From NCBI GenBank assembly GCA_036479435.1, contig JAZGFI010000245.1, positions 1 through 10,957 on the forward strand: DNA of 10,957 bases, written 5' to 3'. The translations under genes were made by a program, and so were the position numbers. Below the pieces are notes generated by a model. That model saw only the letters and a program-made list of their open reading frames with translations. It searched no databases and had not been told where the DNA came from. Positions within the stretch are counted from its first letter, which is position 1. Each line of letters opens with the position of its first letter. Shown one piece after another: positions 1-7,381 of this stretch. Source of the DNA: Planctomycetota bacterium. GTDB taxonomy: Bacteria; Planctomycetota; GCA-002687715; DRQF01.

Positions 1-95
1 CGGCGCCGACCCCGCGTCCAACTGAAGCGCACGGCGAAGTGATCTCGACACCGGTGCTCGGCGGTCTTCACCACCGATATCACCGCGCAGCCTAA
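1..95 (+). CDS. 3' end of rve integrase-core (DDE) transposase, copy 1 (partial, begins upstream of window)
   Basis: Frame from position 3 reads [30 protein letters not shown] (TAA 93-95), the same C-terminus as the 342-aa transposase at 1279-2307. Confidence 0.92.
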   Translation, partial: APTPRPTEAHGEVISTPVLGGLHHRYHRAA

Positions 96-134
96 GCCGA
101 GAATGGCCGAATGAACCTCTGATTTCGCGCCCAA

Positions 135-258
135 GGTCCGTTGCGACCTCTCGATCAGCGCGCAACGACGTCGGTTCGCGACCGGCCCTCTTGTTAGAAT
201 CCAAATCGGCCTCGTTCACAGGTGCTTGGGAACCCGTTTCTGGTTTTCGGGAACCACA
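135..258 (+). repeat. IS right-end module, copy A (124 bp)
   Basis: Homologous to 855-978, 2347-2470 and 2578-2701. Shares the invariant CTTGTTAGAATCCAAA core and the terminal GGTTTTCGGGAACCACA. Confidence 0.9.
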
Positions 259-259
259 G

Positions 260-815
260 GACCTTCATCAGCAACCACATGGACGTCAGCGCGGCTTCCG
301 ACTTCTTCACCGTGCCCACGTTGACCTTCAAAGTGCTCTACGTCTTCGTCGTACTCTCGCACGATCAACGCCGCATCGTTCATTTCAACATCACCAAGAA
401 CCCGACGGCGGAATGGACTGCCCAACAGATCGTCGAGGCTTTCCCCTGCGGAGAAGAACCACGGTTCCTTCACCGTGACCGAGACTCGATCTTCGGCGAC
501 GTCTTCAAGAAGAAGATCAAAGCGCTCGGCATCGAAGAAGTGATCAGCTCGCGAAAGTCGCCTTGGCAAAATGCCTATTGCGAACGAGTCATCGGGACGC
601 TTCGCAGAGAATGCACTGACCATGTCATCGCCCTTTCAGAAAAGCACCTTCGTCGCACTCTCAATGAATTCATCAACAACTATTACCATCCCGCCCGCTG
701 CCATCTGTCGCTCGATGGTGACGCGCCGACGCCGCGCCCAACCGAGACACACGGCGAGGTGATCTCGACGCCGGTGCTCGGCGGTCTTCACCACCGATAT
801 CACCGCGCCGCCTAA
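260..815 (+). pseudogene. 5'-truncated/interrupted rve transposase, copy 2 (catalytic core only)
   Basis: From TFISNHMDV onward it is nearly identical in protein to the C-terminal half of 1279-2307. Homology starts abruptly at 260 (=1752), directly after an IS right end. The N-terminus of ORF 222-815 derives from the IS end sequence. Confidence 0.88.
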
Positions 816-854
816 GCCGAAAACGGCGGATCACACTTCTGAATTCGCGCCCCG

Positions 855-978
855 GATCCGTCACGGCTTTTTGACCTACGCGAAGCAACGTCGGATCACT
901 ACCGACCGGCTTGTTAGAATCCAAATCGACCTCGTTCACAGGTGCTTGAGAACCCGTTTCGGGTTTTCGGGAACCACA
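855..978 (+). repeat. IS right-end module, copy B
   Basis: Follows the transposase stop at 815. Same core and terminal GGTTTTCGGGAACCACA; its 5' half is more diverged. Confidence 0.88.
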
Positions 979-1278
979 GGGCCTCGCGCCACCGCGCGCT
1001 GAGTTGCCTTTTCCATGGTGGAGCACTTCTATCCACGGGGACCTATCGTTGATTTCTTGACGAGTTCTCATCACAAATCCAACAATCGGTCTGCGCGGCC
1101 AGCAACCCTCGGTTCATGCCACAGCTCCCCACCTCTGCGTCAAGAAACTCAACGCACCGACACCTGTCATTCCCGAAAGCTCGAAAGCCATCCCCAATCA
1201 CGGATTGCACGCCTGTGTTTCCGACACTAATTCACACACGTCCTCCCGTCAACGACACCGATCCAACAAGATGCGCCC

Positions 1279-2307
1279 ATGCTCAAGCTCCTCGCCCATG
1301 CCTTCGCGCTTCTCGAAGCCGTCGCCGCCGACCGGGCGCGACTCGCGATCGAAAACGTGGCCCTACGCCAACAGCTCAACGTCCTCCGACGAAGCGTTGC
1401 CCGCGCCGACTTGGATGACAGCGACCGCACTTTCTGGATCCTTCTCTGCAGCCTCTTTGAAAACTGGAGCGACTACCTGGTCATCGTAAAGCCCGAGACC
1501 GTTTTGGCCTGGCATCGCAAGGGTTTCGCCTACTATTGGAAACGAAAGTCCCGAGCACCCTCGGGCGGAAGGCCGCCAATCACCGACGAGATCATCGAGC
1601 TGATCAAGCGCATCTCTACTGAGAACACAACTTGGGGATCTCCGCGAATCCGAAACGAGCTTCGAAAGCTCGGCCTCGATGTCGCCAAGTCCACAGTTGA
1701 GCGATACATGGTCAAAAAGCAACCGAGCGATGGTTCGCGTCAAAACTGGAAGACCTTCATCAGCAACCACATGGATGTCAGCGCAGCTTGCGACTTCTTC
1801 ACTGTTCCCACGTTGACCTTCAAAGTGCTTTATGTCTTCGTCGTACTCTCGCACGATCGACGCCGCATCGTCCACTTCAACGTCACCAAGAACCCGACCG
1901 CGGCTTGGACTGCCCAGCAGATCGTCGAGGCTTTCCCATGCGGAGAAGAACCACGGTTCCTTCACCGTGATCGTGACTCGATCTTCGGCGATGTCTTCAA
2001 GAAAAAGATCAAAGCACTCGGCATCGAGGAGGTCGTCAGTTCGCGAAAGTCGCCCTGGCAAAACGCCTTTTGCGAAAGGGTCATCGGCACGCTTCGCAGA
2101 GAATGCACTGACCACGTCATTGCCCTTTCAGAAAAGCACCTGCGTCGAACCCTCAAAGAGTTCATCAAAAACTATTACCATCCCGCTCGCTGTCATCTCT
2201 CGCTCGACGGCGACGCGCCGACCCCGCGTCCAACTGAAGCGCACGGCGAGGTGATCTCGACGCCGGTGCTCGGCGGGCTTCACCACCGATATCACCGCGC
2301 AGCCTAA
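1279..2307 (+). CDS. Integrase core domain (rve) DDE transposase, 342 aa
   Basis: N-terminal ENVALRQQL and VKPETVLAWHR, GRPP, HTH region WGSPRIRNELRKLG...STVERYM, and catalytic motifs ACDFFTV, HRDRD, PWQNAFCERVIGTLRREC. Confidence 0.95.
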   Translation: MLKLLAHAFALLEAVAADRARLAIENVALRQQLNVLRRSVARADLDDSDRTFWILLCSLFENWSDYLVIVKPETVLAWHRKGFAYYWKRKSRAPSGGRPPITDEIIELIKRISTENTTWGSPRIRNELRKLGLDVAKSTVERYMVKKQPSDGSRQNWKTFISNHMDVSAACDFFTVPTLTFKVLYVFVVLSHDRRRIVHFNVTKNPTAAWTAQQIVEAFPCGEEPRFLHRDRDSIFGDVFKKKIKALGIEEVVSSRKSPWQNAFCERVIGTLRRECTDHVIALSEKHLRRTLKEFIKNYYHPARCHLSLDGDAPTPRPTEAHGEVISTPVLGGLHHRYHRAA

Positions 2308-2346
2308 GCCGAGAATGGCCGAATGAACCTCTGATTTCGCGCCCAA

Positions 2347-2470
2347 GGTCCGTTGCGACTTTTCGATCAACCTACAGCGACGCGGTCTGCGACCAGCCCG
2401 CTTGTTAGAATCCAAAATCGACCTCGTTCGAGGGCGTTTGAAATCCCGTTTTGGGTTTTCGGGAACCACA
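2347..2470 (+). repeat. IS right-end module, copy C
   Basis: Right end of the complete element; homologous to copies A, B and D. Confidence 0.9.
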
Positions 2471-2577
2471 GGGGTGTGTCGGCGCAATTCTTGACAACTG
2501 ATCGCCGTGACCCTCCTACGAGATCGCATCGGAACGCCAATTCGAGGTCGGCTGACTTTTTGCACGCTACGGGTACG

Positions 2578-2701
2578 GGTCCGTTGCGACTTTTCGATCA
2601 TCGCACAGCGAAGTCGGTTCGCGACCGACCCGCTTGTTAGAATCCAAATCGGCCTCGATCACAGGCGCTTGGGAACCCGTTTCGGGTTTTCGGGAACCAC
2701 A
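2578..2701 (+). repeat. Solo IS right-end module, copy D (no transposase of its own)
   Basis: 124-bp copy most similar to 135-258, starting ~107 bp after copy C. Confidence 0.88.
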
Positions 2702-3627
2702 ACCGGCTTTGAGATTTCGGAACCACGACCCGCGCGGGGATTTCGGGACACACGAGACTTTTGCACGCTGCGATAGTTGTCCCGTACGTCTACGCCATCC
2801 CAGAACACGCCATTCATATCCTCATGAAATACTAACATCCTCTTTCGAATCAGCGACACCTTCGCAGAAAGAACCAAATCCGAAGCCGCTAGCTCTCGTA
2901 CCCTCTTGGGGCTAACTACCATATTAGAATAGGTCTCAGCTTTATCTTCTGCAACGTTAGTGGTCGCATAGCTCGTCAAGAAGCCTTCGATTGAACCGAC
3001 CAACATTGAGGCTCTAAAGTCGAGAGTGCGTTTCTTATAGACGTAGCTCGTCCCGTTAAGCCGCCGCCAAGTTTCATCCACTGTATCTTGCCCATCCTCG
3101 GCAAAATCAACGAGGTGATAGAGTTCATGGTGAATTACGGTTCGTTGATATCTATCATTGAATTGAGCAGCCGTGATATCGAAGTATAACTCCGAGTTTT
3201 GCTTACAAGCGAGTCCGCTCCTTTCCTCACCTGACCAATTGAGTGCAGAGCATAAGACTACTCGCCTAAGGCCAGCCTTCTTCAGAAAGCTGGCCCGATA
3301 GAGGCTTAGCTCGCCGACAAACAACTCGATGTATTGGGTTACTTGCGAGTGGGGCACACTATTATAAGATATATTCCCCGAGCGATGGATTGTCGTTCCT
3401 CTTGATTGCGCGATTGAGACTTCGATGCCAGTTCGGTCGCAAAAAAACCGTAGCCCACCTCTTGACGCGTCCTCTCGACTCACTCGCCCTTCTTGACCGG
3501 AAACAGCCTCCCGGTCGAGAAGGCTACTGGAACCAAGCGTCTCGCAGATCCACGCCAAGAAAGGCACTGCTATGATTGCAATCAGCAGAAAAACTCTGTT
3601 GAAATGTGCTTTTGATGAGCTCGTCAT
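2659..3627 (-). CDS. Putative membrane-anchored zinc metallopeptidase (zincin-like)
   Basis: N-terminal hydrophobic segment VFLLIAIIAVPFLAWI, HExxH motif (HELYH), downstream GFLTSYATTNVAEDKAE. ATG at 3627 preferred; the ORF is open to 3690. The last ~37 codons run through IS-end sequence. Confidence 0.75.
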   Translation of the reverse strand: MTSSSKAHFNRVFLLIAIIAVPFLAWICETLGSSSLLDREAVSGQEGRVSREDASRGGLRFFCDRTGIEVSIAQSRGTTIHRSGNISYNSVPHSQVTQYIELFVGELSLYRASFLKKAGLRRVVLCSALNWSGEERSGLACKQNSELYFDITAAQFNDRYQRTVIHHELYHLVDFAEDGQDTVDETWRRLNGTSYVYKKRTLDFRASMLVGSIEGFLTSYATTNVAEDKAETYSNMVVSPKRVRELAASDLVLSAKVSLIRKRMLVFHEDMNGVFWDGVDVRDNYRSVQKSRVSRNPRAGRGSEISKPVVVPENPKRVPKRL

Positions 3628-3696
3628 TAGCTCCTCTCGCGATCTGAGGTCAGGCAGCCCACAAGACGGGCACTGTGGTCCGAGAGGCACTCGCTG

Positions 3697-4113
3697 TCAA
3701 TGCCAAGGCCCCCTTCGTGCCCAAGGTAGGGTTGTTCTCAGCTCGGCAATCGGCCTCCTCCACCTTGCACGCAGCACGCGGATTCCCCGCACTGCGCACT
3801 TCGGAAACACTTGTAAATGCCATCGATTTGGCTCCAGCTGCACTTCTTCACCTTTAGCCACTCCAACGAAGCCGGTCTGCTTCAACCAGTCGACCACCAA
3901 GGCCACGAGAAGCCGTGTGAAGCGACTGTCCGGCGCGGCCCAATGCAATTCGACTTGCTTCACTCCGTGCGCGACGCATTCGCCCCAAAGCACGTCGACG
4001 ATCACGTCGTACCCGCAAGAGTGTCGAGGTGACGCTTTCATTGGTCGCGACGGGCGTAGCCAGGGCTCTTCGAGCCGCACTCGGGACGGGGCAAACGCGA
4101 AACTCGGAGACAC
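3697..4113 (-). CDS. Possible hypothetical protein or gene remnant
   Basis: Co-oriented with neighbours, stops just upstream of the peptidase ORF, and has a protein-like middle (FTRLLVALVVDWLKQTGFVG). No recognisable motif or RBS; start uncertain. Confidence 0.3.
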   Translation of the reverse strand: MSPSFAFAPSRVRLEEPWLRPSRPMKASPRHSCGYDVIVDVLWGECVAHGVKQVELHWAAPDSRFTRLLVALVVDWLKQTGFVGVAKGEEVQLEPNRWHLQVFPKCAVRGIRVLRARWRRPIAELRTTLPWARRGPWH

Positions 4114-4320
4114 TGCTCACGGCAACCTCAACTTTGCATTCTCTGTCAATGCCAGCGCGACAGCTGTGACTCTCAACAGAGGGGAAACGCCTAGCATAGG
4201 AGCGTTTGATTTTTTTGTCGCTCAATAGCCAAGAACACAAACTCCTGTAGGACGCGACGAAAAAACAATAGCTCAAAGACCACACGCAATAGCCACTCGA
4301 AACCCCGAAGCACCAGATCA

Positions 4321-5265
4321 TTATTGACAGATTAACGAAAACGACTTTTCCAGTTTTGCCAGACGACTCCGTCCCTTGATTAGCTCCTCTCTCGTTTTCT
4401 TTACCGCATCTTTCAGCGCGACGGCGACTTCTTCCCAGCTACTGCTATGTTCAGAAAGCTGATCTATCCATGCATAGTTCCCGGTTTGGTCGCGAAAAAT
4501 GGACCAGCGTTCGGCCACGACGTCGCGTTTATGGCGCGCAAGTATGATCGTCTTATCTCCCAAATCAGCGACCGCTTTCTTTGACTTCGTTATCTCCTTG
4601 CCTATCCACTCGCAGAGATCTACACCTGCAGGAGCTTCATTTAGGATCTCCAACAACTCCGGCGGAATCGGTTTAGGCGGGGCTGGGCGCGGGCCAGCGG
4701 GGCCAGGCGCTGGTTCTGGAATCGGAGTCTCAGCGTACCTCAAGCAGTCACCATTCGGCCCCATTCTAACGTGAGGTGGCGGGCAAGTAGGGTCTACAAT
4801 CAAACAAGACCCGTCCGCCAACCGCGTGAAGAGCGGCGGAGGACAAGTAGAGTTGTGCCACCCATCCGGCGGCGCTGGATCACCGTAATTGTAGCAATCT
4901 CCATTCGCCAATCTGACCTGAGGAGGCGGACACGTTGGGTCGGGATAAGCCCCAACTGGCAGACCGAACATCGGCCTTTCTTGCTTCGCAATCGAACCGG
5001 ATCCCACGCCTGCCCCCAACCTCACCACTACAGGTTCAAATGGGGTCGCCCGGCGAGGCAAATGCTGCGGAGAAGAAACATCAGGCTCATCGGGGTTCGC
5101 ACCAGGCAAGATGCCGCCACCACAATCGGCGCACGCTGGTTGGCTTGAATCTCCGCCCTGATCAAAAACGACAACGGGGGCAGTCTCTTGTTCTCGCACC
5201 ACCCTCTTTTGACCGCGGCCTTTGCCTCGGGTCCACTCGTCATTTTCGAAGTTTGATTTTTCCAT
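4321..5265 (-). CDS. Hypothetical protein with three Cys-Pro repeats, Pro-rich linker and helical/coiled-coil C-terminus
   Basis: Long ORF (open to 5295); ATG at 5265 is preceded by GGAGAGAAGAAA. Contains CADC, 3x TCPPP...R..(N/D)G.C, and PIPEPAPGPAGPRPAPPKPIPP. Confidence 0.75.
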   Translation of the reverse strand: MEKSNFENDEWTRGKGRGQKRVVREQETAPVVVFDQGGDSSQPACADCGGGILPGANPDEPDVSSPQHLPRRATPFEPVVVRLGAGVGSGSIAKQERPMFGLPVGAYPDPTCPPPQVRLANGDCYNYGDPAPPDGWHNSTCPPPLFTRLADGSCLIVDPTCPPPHVRMGPNGDCLRYAETPIPEPAPGPAGPRPAPPKPIPPELLEILNEAPAGVDLCEWIGKEITKSKKAVADLGDKTIILARHKRDVVAERWSIFRDQTGNYAWIDQLSEHSSSWEEVAVALKDAVKKTREELIKGRSRLAKLEKSFSLICQ

Positions 5266-5363
5266 TTTCTTCTCTCCAAAGTTGACTGGGCTCATGCCTC
5301 AACCACATTTGGTCAATTTTCGACCTCAGCTGCAATCGCTTCACAACTCATGGTGGTTCTTCT

Positions 5364-5750
5364 TCATTGGTCAGAGAAAACCAATTCGGAATCAAATCGA
5401 ACAGTTGCTCCCGTACCCGATACGGCAGCCCGTAAGCGAATAAACGGGTAATCCACATCAACCACCGCAGACGACGCTTCAGTCACCGGCGGTGCATCGG
5501 AAGCAGCGTTCACTGTCACCGTAGCACCTGACAGACCCTTCACCTGCCAAACAACGCCGTCGTAGCTGCCAAGAACTGCGACTTTAAGGGACGCTGACGT
5601 TCCTTCCAGGTTGAGAATCGCAACGTTGACCCTCATCGAGTGCGTCGGTGCGGTCACTGCTTCGGAGTCGATCTCATCAACGAGCGCCGGCGTCGTGACA
5701 ACATTTGAAAGCAACGCGTTCCGCAGAAGCGTGTAAGACTGATTGATCAC
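5364..5750 (-). CDS. Hypothetical beta-rich protein, paralogue 4 of 4 (128 aa)
   Basis: GTG start with GGAGG RBS. Motifs GSYDGVVW, DYPFIRL, FDSELVFSDQ* shared with the three upstream ORFs. Confidence 0.88.
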   Translation of the reverse strand: MINQSYTLLRNALLSNVVTTPALVDEIDSEAVTAPTHSMRVNVAILNLEGTSASLKVAVLGSYDGVVWQVKGLSGATVTVNAASDAPPVTEASSAVVDVDYPFIRLRAAVSGTGATVRFDSELVFSDQ

Positions 5751-5764
5751 GGTCAGGCCTCCAA

Positions 5765-6142
5765 TTATTGCGCCGAGAACACGACGCTCGCATCGAAAAG
5801 CGCGGAATGCGAGCTATCGACGTTCTTGATTTCGGCGGCAAGCCGCGCGAACGCGAAATCGACGGAACTGAGCTTGCTGCCGCTTTTGTCCACCACACCC
5901 TGGGCATCAAATTCTACAGCATCGGCTTGCGCCACAAACCACGCTCGCCCGTCATAGCTAGCTTCTACTGAAACAGCCAAGCTTGATTGAGTACCGAGGT
6001 TTGTGGAATTCAAGAGCGTCGCAGAGACGACAAGAGCGTTGCCAGCGACAGCTACCGGCGTGGAACGGATGTGTGAAACAAACCCTCCCTTGCCCGTTAA
6101 GTACGACCGGCTGAACACACGAAAAAGCGGATGCCTTTTCAC
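5765..6142 (-). CDS. Hypothetical beta-rich protein, paralogue 3 of 4 (125 aa)
   Basis: GTG start 1 nt after the upstream stop. Motifs STPVAVAGN, ASYDGRAW, DFAFARL, FDASVVFSAQ*. Confidence 0.88.
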   Translation of the reverse strand: MKRHPLFRVFSRSYLTGKGGFVSHIRSTPVAVAGNALVVSATLLNSTNLGTQSSLAVSVEASYDGRAWFVAQADAVEFDAQGVVDKSGSKLSSVDFAFARLAAEIKNVDSSHSALFDASVVFSAQ

Positions 6143-6143
6143 C

Positions 6144-6503
6144 CTACTGCTCCGAGAACGCCAAGAAGGCGTCGAACACGGCCTTGAGCGACGTTCCTAT
6201 CGATGCGCCCTCTGCGCGAATGCGAATCCAAGCGAAATCCAAGTTCGCTTGAGAGCTGTCGTAGTATCCGAAACTAGATGCCTTGATCGCGGTGCCCGTG
6301 TTTTCCCAGGCCTTGCCGTCATAAGAGCCTTGCATCTGCAATGAGAGTGTCTCTGATCCGGCGGCGGCAAGATTGATCACCGTTGCTGCCATCACAACTT
6401 TGTTACCGCGCGCTGCCACGGGCGAAGACGTAATGGTGCCAAGATCCGAAGAACTCGTTGATTCAACGTATTGCTCGTTGAAGACCTGCATGGACATGTT
6501 CAT
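6144..6503 (-). CDS. Hypothetical beta-rich protein, paralogue 2 of 4 (119 aa)
   Basis: ATG with GGAGAGG RBS. Motifs SSPVAARGN, GSYDGKAW, DFAWIRI, FDAFLAFSEQ*. Confidence 0.9.
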   Translation of the reverse strand: MNMSMQVFNEQYVESTSSSDLGTITSSPVAARGNKVVMAATVINLAAAGSETLSLQMQGSYDGKAWENTGTAIKASSFGYYDSSQANLDFAWIRIRAEGASIGTSLKAVFDAFLAFSEQ

Positions 6504-6513
6504 GAAACCTCTC

Positions 6514-6861
6514 CTACTGCTCGCTTTGTGAAATAGTTGAGCTGAAAAGCACAGCTGAACTGCTACCTGAAAGAAGAATGCTGATTCGAACGAAAGCTGC
6601 GGCGACCTTGCTCACAACGTACGTTGAATGTCCAAACCCCGTTATGGTTTGACCATCCAATCGGTTCCAAGCCACGCCGTCATTGCTGCCGTAGAGATCA
6701 ACAAACATGCTGAAAGAGCCTCGTGCCAAGATGCTCGTGGTCGAAACGGCAAGTTGGTTGCCGACGACTTCGATGGGAGCAGACTCCCGCACACCTATGT
6801 TGATGGGGCTCCCATCGGTCGCGAGATACTCGCGCTCAAACACGTTTGTCGCCGTTGACAT
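6514..6861 (-). CDS. Hypothetical beta-rich protein, paralogue 1 of 4 (115 aa)
   Basis: ATG at 6861 with GAGG RBS aligns best with the paralogues (ORF is open to 6885). Motifs SAPIEVVGN, GSNDGVAW, AFVRI, FSSTISQSEQ*. Confidence 0.87.
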   Translation of the reverse strand: MSTATNVFEREYLATDGSPINIGVRESAPIEVVGNQLAVSTTSILARGSFSMFVDLYGSNDGVAWNRLDGQTITGFGHSTYVVSKVAAAFVRISILLSGSSSAVLFSSTISQSEQ

Positions 6862-7211
6862 GAGCCGCCTCAAAATTGACTCCACGATTCGTCAGAAGAA
6901 TTCGAAACTGTGGTGTCTGCCTGTGATCGGCCGAAACGTAGCCCCTGCGATCCGCCGCGTCAACAAGTTTCCATTTGGAGTCAGATTTCGGCGGCTCACC
7001 GCCGAAAACCAGAGCTTGAGGGCTTCGAGTGACCACAGTCTTGAGGCCGCACTTTCTTCGATTCTGTGACGCCGGTTCCTGAGCGCATTCGATCTTGGTG
7101 ATATGGTCAAACCGCCTCAAGGTCGCATTTCGGGTGTAATGCGACTACGCCGATTGACCATACTTTTGCCCCACTATGCGATGGATTCGGCCCATCATGG
7201 CCAGGTCTGGT

Positions 7212-7381
7212 TGGCACCATCAAGGCCGCGGTAACCCCAAATCCCAGAGAAAAATGGCACCCTTGGCACCCCCTAAACCAAAAAACGGATGGTGCCATTT
7301 TCGAGTTTTCTGCCCTAACCCACCAATGGGGCGGGACTTAAAAATGGCACCATCGAGCGCAAAAAATGGCACCCGGTGCCA
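7212..7381. repeat. Cluster of seven TGGCACC motifs in direct and inverted orientation
   Basis: Forward at 7212, 7255, 7264, 7345, 7367; reverse at 7291, 7375. Perfect 14-bp inverted pair 7288-7301/7341-7354; palindrome 7367-7381. Confidence 0.85.

Larger units (their letters stand above)
1165..2470 (+). mobile_element. Apparently complete insertion sequence (1306 bp), single-ORF DDE transposase, TGT...ACA ends (IS481/IS3-superfamily-like)
   Basis: Left end TGTCATTCCCGAAAGC (1165-1180) vs reverse complement of right end TGTGGTTCCCGAAAAC (2455-2470): 13/16 match. Encloses the transposase. No clear target-site duplication seen. Family assignment is tentative. Confidence 0.8.

Noticed and set aside
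135..2701. Repeated GGTTTTCGGGAACCACA as a CRISPR array
   Set aside because: Units are ~124 bp, irregularly spaced and tied to transposase 3' ends. There are no uniform spacers or cas genes.
191..2915. Overlapping ORFs in the IS region (e.g. 216-623, 1363-2115, 673-1074, 2128-2601, 2634-2915)
   Set aside because: Antisense or off-frame shadows of the transposase and IS ends; their mutual similarity reflects the DNA repeat.
3674..3685. TGTGGTCCGAGA as a second IS left end
   Set aside because: Short gapped match, compatible with chance, with no associated transposase.
3572..4321. ORFs 3572-4228 (+) and 3854-4321 (-)
   Set aside because: No motifs, atypical Cys/Arg/Ser-rich composition, and conflicting overlaps. 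3854-4321 starts at the upstream stop, so it cannot be fully excluded.
5364..6861. SxDGxxW as BNR/Asp-box propeller repeats of one frameshifted gene
   Set aside because: Spacing differs from SxDxGxTW, it occurs once per protein, and each ORF has its own RBS and an equivalent stop position.
7212..7381. TGGCAC as sigma54 promoters
   Set aside because: No correctly spaced TTGC -12 element, and many copies in both orientations do not fit a promoter.
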